From Lama glama (Eukaryota): 64,000 nucleotides of DNA. Positions 33,911 to 48,182 of the stretch are shown here, piece after piece. The translations under genes were made by a program, and so were the position numbers. The notes under the pieces were generated by a model. It made no database searches. It was not told where the DNA came from and saw nothing but the letters and a program-made list of their open reading frames with translations. The stretch covers positions 1,860,001 through 1,924,000 of the forward strand of contig CM052816.1 in NCBI GenBank assembly GCA_028534125.1, written 5' to 3'. The first letter of the stretch is position 1. Each line of letters opens with the position of its first letter.

Positions 33911-36900
33911 GGTTAACATTCTTATTATATTACTTGTCACCTGAAAGGTGCATAATTCTGGACCCTGTGCTTTTAGGGTCGGGGAGATAGGGGAGTCATT
34001 GTTAGGAGGCCCTGACGTCTCTAAGAACTAGGCTGGGATGAAGGGAGTATTAATCAGTCAGTGGAGAAGAAAGAAGTGGCTCAGTCTCTTGAGATTAAAG
34101 AGCCTCTTCAGTGCAGAATCCCTTTCTTATAAATACGATTGCCAGTTCTTGCCTTCAAGGGTTCTACAGTTTAGTGAGAGAGAAAACAGGGGCAAATGTG
34201 GTGAATATATTAAATGTAGCCTGGCTGGCATAGAGCACATGAACCTTAACTATTTCTTTTTACAAAGGGTTCCAGCTCCCAGGAAGAGCTCTTTTATTCC
34301 CTTTCACCTTCCTGGATGCAATAAATTGGCATAAACCTAACAATTCACCTTACCTATAAATCAGATTTTAATCACCTCTTTCCACTTCATTTCAGTACCG
34401 CCCTTCTTGCAGGATAGAATCTGTGAGCAAAATGTATTTGGACAAGACTGTCTCCAGAGGGTCATATTACATCAAGGAAATGAATTCTCTCTCTCAAGCT
34501 CATAAAACGCAAAAATGAAATCACCATTCAGGCTGAAGGCGGAGGAGACCAGGCATGCATACGGAAAAGACTTCTTCTGCAGGTAGCGTGCTTGGAGCAG
34601 TGGATTTGCATTTTCCTTCCACGCAGGTCTGGTCCGCTGGGGGGTGGGCACATTCCTCTCACTGGGTGGATGCCCGTGTGTGATGGGCTGCAGGGCCGGG
34701 CAGCTGCTCTCTAATCTCCGTCTGCTTTCAAAAGCACAGACCATCTCTCCCTTGCCCTTCACCACAGCCCACCTGGCGTCTTCCCTGGCTGCTTGCTAAT
34801 CCGAGCATGTGGATTTCCAAGGAATTGAGCGTTCTGCCCGTGGCTCTGGGGTTTGGGGGAGAGGGAAAGCGAGGGGACAAACCTTAGACAAACTACAGAG
34901 TCCAGTCGGCCTTGTCCTTCCCACACCCACCACCCAGCACTCATACAGGTGGGATGGAGATGCAGAGGCATCAGGCAATATCTGGGAGGAGGGCAGAGCC
35001 CGGGTGTGTGCACCTGGCTCTGGGCTTAGATCCCTCCTTACTGGTGATGTGCCTCTCGGCAACTCCTCAGTCTCTTTCGGCCTCAGTTTCCACACCACCA
35101 TAACAAATATTTCTGCCACTTCCCAGGGGTGCTGTGAGGGTTCACGGAGACCAGGCTCACGGCACCAGGCACCTCGCTAGTACACAACAAATGCTAGTTA
35201 CAGCTGCTGCTTTTCTAAAGCCAGGTCAAATGGAAACCATCCTGATGCCACCTCATCTTCCCTCCCCATGGAGATAAGGGCAGGTTTGGGACACGCACAC
35301 GAGCTCCCGTTCTGTCTCGGCAATCTATGTCCTCCCACCCACCAGCCCTCTTCTGGGTACACTGCCAAGACACAGCAGTGGGGTCGCCCCCAAGTCAGAG
35401 CACCCAGAGCAATGCTCCATTTCAGCAAACCATCTTGTGTGTTTCTACTTGACCTTGTGGAACATTCTCCAGCTGTGGCTTGTCCCTTTCTTTGAAATCC
35501 CTCTTTTTTGCACTTCTGGGGTCCTTAGAGGCTAATCAGACCAATGGTTCCCTGACTCACTTGAGCAGGACCGTTTCATTCAAATGGAAATCTTAAATGA
35601 AGTCCCAACATACACAGGGACTGGGGCAGATGGGTGCCAAAGGGGCTTTAATTGTATCCGTACAAGAAGGTTATAAATTAATTTTTTATAAAGTCATGTA
35701 TGTAAGGCAGATAAAAGCAGAGCTGCTCTGGCTGAAGCTTCCCACCCACTGAGTCTCGCCTCCTTGTTCACCACTGAGAGCCCTGGGCCCCTCCCTTAAC
35801 ACCCCTAAACGCAGCAGGCCGCAGTTTCAGAACCTCTAGTTTTATAGGTGAGGAAACTGAAGGCCAGAGACGTTCAGTGCCTTGCCCAGGAGCCCAGAGC
35901 CTGCTTAATGCCAGGGCTCACACTTGAACTTGATATATTAAATTATAATTTCCAGATGACTGCTATTAAAATGACCAGACTATTGCCAGAGAGGGGCTGC
36001 ACATTAAAACCCAGGAGCTCCCACAAGTACTTTAGTACTAATCAGTTTCTCAAAATAGTCACCACGCTCCTTGGAACATGGTGTCCGGAAGCTGAAGAGG
36101 ATCCTCTGCTCCATCCCTTGCGAGAGCAGAAAACTAACAGCAGGGCCGTGGGCTCTGTCAGACAGGGAAAGTCGGAATTTGGGCTGCCAGCCTGCTGCTA
36201 CTTGCCCCAGAGCGCTTAATGCTAACAAGATAAAAGGTGTCCCTTCCTCTGGGCAAGCACAGCCCCATGCCAGGGTGCTGGCTTACTGAATGGAGAGCAG
36301 GCTATTTAGACTCCACTGGCCCCCTCGCCCAGGGACCCTTGTGCAGGACACAACCTGCCCAACTCTCCGTGGTGAGAGTAGTAGGTGCTTGGAGTAGAGG
36401 AAACTGAAGGGGAGGGAGGGTTTTCACTCATTCATTCATTCAGCCAATAATTGCTAAGTGTTTACTGTGCCTGGTATATAGATGCAGGAGGGAGGACGTG
36501 AGCAAGGTGGACAGGTCGACTGCCCTCCGAGATCCTACAGCCTCAAAGAGGGCTGAAGACAAGGCCACAGACAATAACGCTACAGTGTGGTGTCAGCACA
36601 GGTGAGGGAAAGGGCTCTATGGAGCTGCCGATTAGGATGCTTCAGGCTGCAAGTAAGAAAGACCCAATGAAAAGCGGCTTGAGCGATAAGGTACAGCAAG
36701 GACAGCCTAACAAGACACCTGCAGGTGAGGTGCAGTGGGATGTAACTCAGCAATGCAGTGATGTCATCAAGAGCCCAGACTCTTCTCAACCCTCTCTGCT
36801 CGCTCCGGAGTGCTGCTTTTGTCCTCACGTACACCCCTCGAGATGGCTGCTGGGCTCCCCACATCGTGTCCTCGCACCACCGTGCCTGAAGGTCGGAAGG

Positions 36901-37155
36901 GCTGTTCTCCAAGTTTTTTTTTTTTTAATCAGAGAAGACAATCTTTCCCAGTGTCCTCTGGCAAATGCGTCCATGCCCTACGTACAAGGGAGGCTGGGAA
37001 GGCAAAAGTCTGGCATTTTCACCCTCTAAAGTGGGAGTCAGGCTGTGACAGCGGGGAAGGAGCGGAGAGTGGGAATTAGTTACTGGTTAGGCGACCAACG
37101 GTGCCTGCACAGGAGCACAGGAAAGGGACCCAGAACCCAGCTGAAGGGGAGCATC

Positions 37156-37250
37156 TGTGGTAGGCAAAGTAATGGCCCCCTAAAGATGTCCACGCCCTAG
37201 CGCTCAGAACCTGTGACTACGAGATTGTCTCAAATTATCCAGGTGGAACA
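37156..37250 (+). mobile_element. MLT1D-like LTR 5' fragment
   Basis: TGTGGTAGGCAAAGTAATGGCCCCCTAAAGATGTCCACGCCCTA...CAGAACCTGTGA. Confidence 0.65.
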
Positions 37251-37363
37251 GTTTTGCCTTTAAAACTGAAATACTCCTCCAGGTATCATTAATCCAATAA
37301 CTGACTTTCATAAAGGACTTCAGGGGCTACTAGATCTCAAACTGCCCTCCACATCAAAGATTT

Positions 37364-37593
37364 TTTTTGTTAATTTTTTAAACATTTTTTATTGATTTAT
37401 AATCATTTTACAATGTTGTGTCAAATTCCAGTGTAGAGCACAATTTTTCAATTATACATGAACATATATATATTGTCACATTTTTTTTTCTCTGTGCGCC
37501 ACCATAAGATCTTGTATTTCCCTGTGCTATACAGTATAATCTTGTTTATCTATTCTACATTTTGAAATCCCAATCTATCCCTTCCCACCCTCT
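37364..37593 (-). mobile_element. Young L1 3' end with 13-bp TSD
   Basis: Same L1 tail motif; TSD ACATCAAAGATTT at 37351-37363 and 37594-37606. Confidence 0.85.
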
Positions 37594-38494
37594 ACATCAA
37601 AGATTTAATGATGCTCTGCAGTTTTTAGATTACGTGTACTTTATGAGGAACTAATTGTTTGGAAGTTTGGAACATAAATATCATAAAGTGAATCTGCTGT
37701 TTCACTAGCATACACATCTGAATTAAGTCATCTGGTTCTGCTGTATATGCCACGCAGAAATATATAGATCTGTTCAACAAATCACGATGCAGAAGACAGA
37801 AACTCCCAGACCCTATAAACGTATTAATCACATAAGCAATGAGCTGACAGTAACAGTGTTCTCCCAGGAGTGTTTAATTTAGTGTACCCGCCCATAAACT
37901 TTGGTTTGGGCACCACCTAATGGCAGGAAATGCTTTTTAAAAATCCTACTTTGCTTTCCTTCCTGAGGCTTGTTAATTTTTGCATTTTAATTTATACTGA
38001 TTTAGAAAATGATTGCTTTTCATTGACCTATATAGTTTTACGTGTTCAGTTTTCTTAAAAAGATAAAACCCTTTCCATGCCTACCTTGGAATAATAAACT
38101 GCTCTTTATGCTGGGGTAATGTACCCATGAAATGCTCCAAAAAATCCTATTCCATCCTTAAATATTTAAATTTAGCTTTGTAATTAAGAAGACTTCATTG
38201 AATCATTTTAACTAAGGGTTTGTAAACAAATCTTCCACACTGTGTATCTTTATAATAACCTGTCACAAAGAAAATGGTCTATCTTTCTGAAAACATGGTG
38301 CTTATTAGAACTGAGTGGCTTAACATACCTAATTCACTGTGCAAACCAATTCCAAATGCAGGAATGGTGATATAAACACTTTTAAAACCATACACATTTA
38401 ATTTTTTTCAAGAGGCCCCTGCCAGAACCTAGTGTTTGTTTTGTGATTCAATGAAGAGGCAAAATATTTGGGGGTAACAGAGAGGAGATAACCA

Positions 38495-39567
38495 ATATTT
38501 TAAGAAAAGGAGTTTATTATTTACACCACAGAATTAGTCTCGTAAGAACAATATACACCGTGTTTATTTGAAAGGAAGTCCTTTCAAACACAAGAGCTGT
38601 ATAAAGCAATACTGTCAACACAGAACAGTGGTCACGTTACATACCTGCAGGCAGAAGCATTGCAAATAAAGTTTTTTTTAGTCTTTTGGCTAGATATTTT
38701 CACTGAAACACAGTGCTTGCACTTTGACAAGATAGAGCTGGAGCAGAACAAAAACTTTTTGTTCGTGCTTTTCAGGGCTGAACCAGTGATGCGTCCCATT
38801 TTAAAATGTACCGCCTTTACTGCTTTCATGACAATGGTTTCAGGCAGAAGTGCTTCGACTCAGCCACCCCAAAACACTCTCTTGTTCCTCAGCTTCATCC
38901 TTCAGTCTTACGTTTTCTATTTGGCACACTGTGGCACATCTGTACCATAGCAGATGTTTTCCAGTTTTCCTCAAAGAACACTGTCACACATAGAGACCAA
39001 AAGCTGAGACAGCTCAGAATTTACAGATGTTAATATAGTGCAGTAAGAAGAGAAACTGTGTCTATGACGAAGAAATTTAAAAAAAAAAAAAAACTCTGGG
39101 TGGTTTTAAGCATACCAAACTAGGTTCCTTACTAAAAACTTTTTTTTTTTGATTTTAAGAGAAAAACAGTAGTTTCAAGATGGGTTTGGGCTTAAACAAG
39201 AAGACAATGAGACAAAAACACAAGACATACTTGTTTCTAAAGTCACAAGATGACATTGTTAAGTATACATTTTTGTCCACTGTTTTTTTGTGTGGGGCCG
39301 GGGGAAACTCAGTACTCTATGCCGAAGAAAATATTTTTCAAGAGTTACAGAATAATATGGGGTGGGGAAAGGTTTGGCTTTTTTTTTTTTTTAAGGGTAT
39401 TGCTATGATCTTCAAAAATATAAAATTAAATTTACAAAAAACTGGAAGACCAAGTATAAGCAGTCTGGTATTTGCTGCAGTGTCCAGCACTACCGTAATA
39501 TCTCTAGTGTAAGAGCAAGAAGTTCACAATCTCAAGTATCTTCAATAACTGCCAGCATAGCTTGTAA
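38495..39567 (-). other. UBLCP1: UBLCP1 3'UTR (end approximate)
   Basis: Apparently repeat-free AT-rich sequence after the stop, with minus-strand AATAAA at 38568-38563 and 38518-38513. Confidence 0.7.
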
Positions 39568-39595
39568 CTACTGTCCTTGCTTCTTTGAGAGATAC
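39568..39595 (-). CDS. UBLCP1: UBLCP1 last exon, coding part ((R)YLSKKQGQ*)
   Basis: Acceptor TTCTTGCAG|G; TAG stop at 39570-39568; phase matches the upstream exon. Confidence 0.95.
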
Positions 39596-39714
39596 CTGCA
39601 AGAAATAAAATAAAGCTGTCTAAGCTGTATCACACAGAATTCAAGTTAACAATCTAATGCTTCTCCCCAAAGTTGCTTAATAACAAAACTTTTCAAGGTA
39701 AGTATTAACTGTTA

Positions 39715-39935
39715 ATAATGCTTATAACACGTGTTGACATTTTTGTGCCAAGGACTGTTCTAAGTACACATTGTAACTCATTCAGTCCTCACAACTGATC
39801 TATGAGAAGCTTTCTGTGAGAACTTATTCTTACTTTGTAGTCACAAAGAGGTTAAGCGATTTGCCCAGGTTCACACAGCTAGAAAGTGGCAGAGCTCAGA
39901 CTGACAACAAGGCTGGGAGGCTGGACTCTATCACT
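39715..39935 (-). mobile_element. MIR SINE in UBLCP1 last intron
   Basis: AGAGGTTAAGCGATTTGCCCAGGTTCACACAGCTAGAAAGTGGCAGAGC. Confidence 0.7.
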
Positions 39936-41105
39936 CCTACTGCCTTACTTTCAAGAGAGAATCATTAACTAGTACTGTAATTTCCAGAAACACTTCAAAT
40001 TCCATTTAAAGATCTCCTTGCCTAAAGATAATGAGCCAAAGCTGCTAAAGAATTCTGATCAATAGTGTAAAGATGCAAAGACATTAATTTACTAAGCAAA
40101 TTTTTCTTCACATTATTTTATAGGAGTCTACAAATAAATTAAAATTTTATATCTCTATTTCTCACATTTATGAATTATTACACTCAGAGCGATGCAGGCG
40201 GGGGAAGAGTTCTTAAAATCAGGAGAGCTGGACAAGTTTTGAAGCTGCAACTTGCTCACACTGTGGCATTTATTATCTCTACTACTTACTTACACCATCC
40301 ACAAGTTGGAGATGGGGATAAAACTGCCTGCCTTACCTTCCTAATAGGATTATGAGACTCTAATAATAAGTATATGTAAGAGTGACCTGAAAAGTCAAAA
40401 GTGTAATTTGAAAAGCCCAAGTATTACTGTATTGCATAAAGTTTCTTTTGTTGCTGTATTACTGGAATCAGATCTTTAAAGATCTAATTCTGAAAAAGCA
40501 CTTGCAATACATAATAATCTTGTCTACTTCTCCAGAGGTTTTTCCTGCCTCAAAATCTTGACGTTGATATGCAATCCATATGTAGATTTGTGCTCAGAAA
40601 AAAAGACTAGGAAACTATACACCAAGCTGGAAGTAGTGGTCATCTTGGAAAGAAAAACCATTAAGTAATTGTTTTTCTAGAGAATAAATTTTCTAATTTT
40701 TCTGCTACACAGAGAAGTTATTTTTAAGTTTTAACAGAAAACTTTTTAGTATATTTTATTTTATTCTGACATGATTTTACAGTATGAGAACAGGGGTTAC
40801 ATTCCCATATGATTTATACAAGAGTAACCTATTTAATGTCACAAAATAATTAACTGGTAACATCATAAATGTGCACTAATCTCTAAAGTCCTCTCTACTA
40901 GAGAAGTATTAAAGATCTTAAGAGATGTGGGTTTATGAACAAGTAAGAGGTTAAGATAAAGGGAAAAATACTTTTGGAGATGTCACTGGATTAGAAAATA
41001 GTTTTAGAATTTTAAATAAAAAGTAAGACCTAAGAGTATACCAGGGTTGCCAGACAATTTTACTCATCAATGTAAAGACAAAATGAATAAGCAATTAGCA
41101 CTTAC

Positions 41106-41233
41106 CTTTCCCAATACTTGTGATTTAGGTCCAAAAAGTCATCTAATTTGGCTATTTCCTTGAGGTACTGGGTTAATTTTAAAAGTTCTTTGTCTTTATC
41201 TCGATTTAGGTGCGCTTTCATAAAAGGTCTTAT
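41106..41233 (-). CDS. UBLCP1: UBLCP1 penultimate exon ([42 protein letters not shown])
   Basis: Acceptor TTTGAATAG, donor AG|GTAAGT; 128 nt; open in frame. Confidence 0.95.
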
Positions 41234-43809
41234 CTATTCAAAAACAAACATCATTCAACACTTCACACTGGAGTAAGAAAACTAGTACAAACCCACACTA
41301 TTCTGTCATTTAAATCAGAGTTACTAAGATGACAACATCACCATGGATGTCAATACTAACAGTTACGTTTAAATGATCTCACTGATAGTCATGGCGTGTT
41401 TAAGGTCCGAGCTAAGAGCTCTTCCACCTAATTCCCTTATGTTATCTTTTCAGTCTGGACCCGACAGCACCAGCTCCTATGGCACTTGAACCCTACATGG
41501 CTTCCCCACTTTGCAAAGCTGCTTAGACTTCCCCTCCTTTGAACAATCCAGTTGCTCCGGACCAATTAAATAATCTCATTCTCACTTCATTCATAAAAAG
41601 TTAACCTAAATCTAAGCTTGATCTACAGGGGAGTATATTTCTATGAAATTTTTATATAGTTAAGATATTATACATTTGTGTAACGCTTCCTCTCACATTT
41701 TATCATAAGCATTTTTTATCACTAAAGCCTCCATAAAAATATTTTTTAATTATATGAGAGTTTTCCCGTAAAAAGTAGTCATATTTTCCAAATTTTTAAG
41801 GTTTATTTATTTTATAATAAAAAGCATTTATTTCAAAGGCATAAGAGTCAGGATGGTGGGCAGGGTGGAGGGCTGTAATTAGTAAGGGATTTTATATCTT
41901 GACTGGGATGGTAGCTACATGTGTTCTCTTTAAAACAACTTGTTAGACTATACATTTTATGTGCTTTATGTTACAATTCCAATAAAGAGCTCTGCTTTTT
42001 AAGACATTAGCTCATCTATATACAACTCAAGATACCATTTCAAAAACTTTTAACTAATTTTAGATGAAATGATGTCTGGGATTTGCTTCAAAATGTCAGA
42101 GAGGGAAGTAGATAAGGTATAAGGCACACAACTATGAATTAAAAAGTTGTTTAAAGCAGACGATGCATACATGGGGGTTAGTTTACACAATTCTATGCAA
42201 TTCTGTTCATGTTTGAATTTTTCCATTACAAAAGCATATTTTTTTAAAAGTCACACAAACTCCTATAAGGACTGAGTAAGTCACTTTAGTAAAGTATTAA
42301 TGCATCTTTATTGTGACTGGGAGGCAAACTGGTCATCAATTTCACATAGTGACATTTACAAACAGATGGCATTTAATCACTGTCACTCGTTGAGAACACT
42401 GAGCCCACAGGAGTGGATACCATATCCATTAAGAGTAGGGAAGGTTTTAAATGTTTTTAATATACTTCACTGTTGGAAAAACACACCACCAGCTTGAAAT
42501 GGACAGAAGAGAATTTTCCCCTAAGTTCTACTCGCACCAGAACAGCTTAGGGCCAGGGACCTCCACAGCTGTCAGTCAGCTGGGCTCCCGCAGCTCGGAG
42601 GCCACCAGTAAGAATCTGCACCGAGCAAGCACTGGTAGGGGGTCCTGCTTACAATCAGGCAGAGCCTGCGGAGCTGTTTCACAGCAGCAGCAGTGAGTGT
42701 GGGAGATCGAGAAGATTCTCTGCTTAAGCCCTGCAGCTAGGGGTACACAGGCACACTACCACGATGCAGTGACGTGAGCTTCCACACAATCCAGGGCAAG
42801 CCTGCAATGTTTTATTAGAGTAGTCCTCCATTCCACTAAAGGTTATAAAGGCAACCTTTAAACTATTAATATACAATGTACCAAAGTGATTCCAAGTGTA
42901 AAAACAGGAAGAGATTCAGATTGAAAGAGAAAGTGCAGAGTCAGAAGCTGGTAAATAAGATTTTGAACCCAAGGCCCTGCTAACTTACTTTTACTTTCTG
43001 AACATTGGGTCTTAAGCACTATTAAACAACAAAACTAAAATAGCCCAATGATTCTGGATCTAAAAGTTAAGCTAATTAAGAGGAAAAATCACCTAACTGG
43101 CTTCACTTGTTCCAGGATAATCACCACTTACTGAATCACTCTTCAAGAATGATTTAAGTGCTCACTAGCTGGGCAGGCAACATAAATTTCCACTGCTGTC
43201 TCATGTGAAAGAAACATTTTCAGGAACTTAAGAATGTTTAGATTATCTGCTTTCTCTTATATCACCATCTCCTTACACAGATAATAAAAGTGAAGTTTTC
43301 AAGGTAACTACTGATTTATCCATCAAGTTCCTTTAGTTCAGTGACCATGTTCATAATTGACAATGCCTCCTGTATTATATTTCAAACCTTAAGATTAGCA
43401 AGCTATTATTAGAAGTTATACTTTAAAAATAAAGTCTTAAATCTTCCAGCTCTCTGTGAAATCTGAGATTTCTACCAAGAACATTATGAAACTGTGATAA
43501 CATAAAAGAATTTAAGAATATTTCTCAATTTTAAAATCACTTCTATGTCAATGCGGGGAGATCATTAATTACTACCTTCTTAAAAGAGGTTTTCAAAAGG
43601 AGCCATGCAAGAGATTACTTGCAGAATGCTTAAAAATACCTATCTTGGATTAGAGTTTTTGGAGAGGGAGACATGTATTTTTATGAATTCCTTCAGTGAT
43701 TATACTGAGTACTCTGGTTCAAAAAAATGTTGGCTGGAAAAATAATGTTTCTTCTAAAAACACACATGAACCTAATAATTTTTTTAAGTTAAAGCTCTTC
43801 TCAAAAATC

Positions 43810-44165
43810 ATTCTCCGTCTCACTTGTATGTGAAATCTTAAAAACAACAACAAAAACCCCCACAAAACCAAGCTCCAACCTCATATATACAGAGAACAGA
43901 ACGAACAGATTGGTGGTTCCCAGAAGCAGGTGGGAGAAATGGGTGAAGGTACAAACCTCCAGTTACAAAATTAGTAAGTCATGGGGATGTCAGGTACGGT
44001 ATGGCGACTATAGTTAACAATATCATATTGCATATTTGGAGGTTGCTAAGGAAGTAGATCTTACAAGTTCTTATCATAAGAAAATATTTTGTAACTATTT
44101 ATGGTGACAGATGTTAACTAGACGTTGTGGTGACCATCTCACAATATACACAAATATCAAATCAT
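43810..44165 (+). mobile_element. L1 3'UTR fragment in UBLCP1 intron
   Basis: CTCACTTGTATGTGAAATCT...GGTACAAACCTCCAGTTA...ACTATAGTTAACAATA, typical of eutherian L1 3' ends. Confidence 0.75.
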
Positions 44166-45416
44166 CAATTCAAAACTTTTTAATCATTCCTTGAATACCA
44201 TGACTTTACCTCCTTTCCAATACAAATAATAACCATTAGTTTCATACAGAATTCACCTTAGATCCAAAGGCTCTTTTCTCAAGACTGAAGAACATATTTT
44301 TGTATGTTATACTTGGTAAACTACACACAGGAAAAACACTTCTCCTAAAGCCTCAAACAGAAATCATGTTTAAAGGGTAACATAACCTCCAAGTACTTTT
44401 CTTCCAAATCAACAGTGTTTATATTTATGGCAATTCACTACCGAGATTACTATTCTGCCCCTAACGTATCCTCGCTGTACACTAAACACCGCATCAACAG
44501 TCTGTAAGGAAAGCTTTAAAAGTGCATATTCGTCAGGTTTTTCTCTCTTGTCTTTTAAAATTACCAAGAACTCAGCTTGTGGAAAAGGTGAAGACTGAGA
44601 TTAAAAATATCTCCGTGTCAGGATTTCCACTTCAAAGAGAGACTCCATTTGCACTAGAACCATCATACAGAGCTCTCTTTCCCATTTTCACATTGTACTG
44701 ACACACAGGCAACCACACGTGCCAGAAAACTTAAGTTTCAGATTTCTCTCTTACCCATTTTATCCTGCTACCAGGATTAAATGTCACCATTCTGTCTGTG
44801 TCAGACTGCACGTGGGGTCATGCTAAGAGCACCGCTGGCCTAGGGACCGAGTTACTTAGGCTTACTCAGATCCCGTCATGAACCAGTCATATACATGATG
44901 GCGGGCAAGTCATGAACTTCCTGAGCCTCAGACTGCTTCTATAAAATTTAAAAGGTAGACAAAATGACTGAGGTTCCTTCGACCTCTAGCATTTTAAATT
45001 TCTAAGGGCTCCACTTGCACTTTAGAAATATTTAAAAACTGTTTCTTAGTTTCAGTTTACAAAGGAATAAAATACTTACTGACAGCTTTCCAGCTAACTA
45101 GAATATCAGAAATGTCAAGATTTGTACCCCTAATAGAATGTCTCAGGCCTTCACTTCTGATGCTAAAAGTCAGTGACATTAAGCTCACGTTGCTGCACGA
45201 AGCCAACTAAAAATAAAACATCTGGATGAGCTGGCTAACTAAGGAGACATCAGTATAAAAGGGAGAATATTCAATTTTAAATGAATTTTTCCAAGTACTT
45301 AAGTTTTTCTTGCTATAATAATACACTACTTCCAAACATCTATGAAATGCAATACTGCTGAAGTTCTGCTGCAGATTCCAGGTTACATATGCATAGCAAG
45401 TAAAATCATGTCTTAC

Positions 45417-45533
45417 CTTTAGTCCATTCTGCGGGTTCATTAGGAAATTTCTTCCTATGTCATCAAACATAATAGTGTTTTTCTTGCTGTAAAACTCCGA
45501 AAACTTTCCCCATATAACACCAAGAGGCTTTAC
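45417..45533 (-). CDS. UBLCP1: UBLCP1 exon ([39 protein letters not shown])
   Basis: Contained in ORF 45207..45572; acceptor TTCTAAG, donor AAG|GTAAGA; 117 nt; HAD-family acidic motif FDD. Confidence 0.95.
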
Positions 45534-48083
45534 CTTAGAATAAAAGTTGAGATTTAACTCAAATTTTGTCACTAGTTCATCCTTTTCTCAAAAGCGGAAA
45601 TACTGCAAAATACCCTGCAGAACTATGCCAGAGACCTCCTTTCCTGTGGGACAGGGACGACTGGCTGTGTGAACAGCCCGGAACTGAGATGCAAAACACA
45701 CTTTAAAGCACAATGTACCTCCAGATGTCAGCTGCTGAAAGGTCTGTCATGTCTAACTGGGCTAATAAGCCCATCATAAGACTTCCCAGAATTTTAACAT
45801 GAAGATTTGGGGTCAAAAAAGGGAAAACAGTAATTATTCGATTTAGCAAGTAAGAATCTAGTAATTGTTTAGATATCTGCTGAGCAATTACATGTCTCCT
45901 CAGATCTCGAGGTTTCACATGGGGTCTGTTTTCAAAACTAGAAAACCTTAGTGACAATGTATCTGGCTCTTTAATTACAAAATTTAAATATTTTGTAGAG
46001 GAAAAATTGACTTTCTCTTTAATTCAGTGGCATGGGTGCATAACTTTGAGGGCATTTGCTTAATTTCAAAAGCACCATCATTTATAAATTCTTGCTTTTA
46101 TTTCTGAATTCTCAGGATGAGCCTTCAAAAAGGTAATTCCTCACATATTTATGTCTGTTGATACTTGTATAAATTCTCTGTAAGACCACAGAAGAATTAA
46201 CAGTGACTGCCTGTAAGAAGGAGAGTTGAGTGCTTGCAGGGCCCAGGTGGGAGGAACTTCCCACTAGATACTTTATTTTTGAATCACATGAATATATTTG
46301 ACAAATTCAGAAAATCTTTAAAAAATACTTTTAGAAGAAAAAGTACTTTTTGCTGACGGCAGAAGTCTCATATGTGGTAATATGAGATTATATGCTAATA
46401 ATAATTACATGAGATTAAATGGTAGTAAGTAAATGGTGACAAGGGTTACCACTGAAAAGGTTTTCTTCTTTTTCTCCTTCTATAATTTATTTTAATAAGA
46501 AGAAAGCCTTTTTTTTTCTTCTTAGTGTCCTCACTACTGGAAAAAATCTTACTGAAATATTTTAGTTTTACTAAAATTTGATTTGCTGAATTTGTTTGCA
46601 GTATTTGTTTACTACTGAAACAAACCGCCCAAATATTTGAAGACAAATATATAGAAACTGACAAAATAAGCCAGATTCTTCTTTTCGTAACTAAGAAAAA
46701 GCCTCAAGAAATATGACAAGAGATTTATAACGCACAGGGTTAGACATCCTACATCCTCTTAAATAGTGCTGTCATTCTGAAACCAGGCCGAGCACTGTGT
46801 GTTCCCCCAAACATGAACTACTTTTGTTCTCAATTAGAGAAGTAACATTGCTGACCGTAGAAAAATCTAAAAACACAGAAAAACACAAAGGAAAATTTTT
46901 AATTACCTATAATTCGCTTAGTACTAAAGACTGCCAATTAGATATTCTGCTATATTTACCTCCAGTCTTTCTGATAAACAGCAGCCTCAAAGAGTTCACA
47001 GATCTTTTGTTAAGCTAAAGGAAACCCTGAACCAAACAAAGGTTAAAAACTATTTTCTAAGTTTGCAAGTACTGCTAAAATACTTCTTTTACTTTCATAA
47101 TGTATCATGAAAAAATACTTAAAGCACTATATATTCTTCTACATCAAATAATCAGCTGCATTCCATTAAATGGATGAACAAAAATTTACACATCCAATTT
47201 CCTGCTCTTGTAGGGATTTGTTTATTGAGATTTTATTTTTCTTTCTTTTTCATTATTATAAACACTGCTATGTTTAACATTTCCCAAACTTCTTCTTACT
47301 GTTTAAATGCTACAAAATGTACCACTTTAATAGGTAATAAATTATATTTTTCCCCTGATGTATACAGTATTTCCTTTATTGAAAAGTCCCCACGCACTTA
47401 AACAATTCTATTTATTACTTTGACAACTTTTATGCTGTCTCCCCTACGCTCTCCTAGTTTGCGAAGTCCTCCCCAAGTCCTGTTAGTTTCTGTACTTCCA
47501 AAAGGCATGAGCCATGTCTCCTCAGCCCTTTATTCCCAGCAGTGCCCATCACAGGGCCTTACAGACAGCAGAGGTTCACAATATGACTAGTTACTTGACA
47601 AGCAAACAAGGCAAAGAACCTTAATCTTTTTAGCCCAATTCCTTTCTGATGGTTCTTGTTGCTTCTATCCAGGACTTCACATACATCACCCCAAGCACAC
47701 GCATCACGAGGTATTATCTGCTTTTATTTATCAGTTTTATATAGTGCAGGGCAAGAATGTTCTGGTCTGTTTCTAGTATCTTCCTTGATGACATTCAGTA
47801 TTTTTTCTTACCTACTCTGTCTTATCAACACTGTGCTGTTATCACGGGACAATTAATCATGACATTTCTTGACAGTCCTTCCTCAAGACCCTTAATTTTA
47901 TCATTAAAATTCAAATCTATTCACCTAAAATACAATCTTCCTATGTCAAAACTCAATTGATACTTTACTATCCACTCAGATGTATTTCTGAACTCTTTCT
48001 GTAGTTTATTCCATCAATATAAACACAAAAAAGCACACTAGAAAACAAACAAGCCTTTAAATAAAAATAAAATGACTTCTTAC

Positions 48084-48182
48084 ATCTATCAATCCTCTCC
48101 TTGGAGTATGCACTGTTATCATAGCGGCACTGTCCAACATGAAGGTAATCTTATAATTAGCATTTGTGCTCACTCCCAGCTC
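48084..48182 (-). CDS. UBLCP1: UBLCP1 exon ([33 protein letters not shown])
   Basis: Minus-strand acceptor TTTATAG, donor GAT|GTAAGA; 99 nt; part of the FCP1/SCP-type phosphatase domain. Confidence 0.95.
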
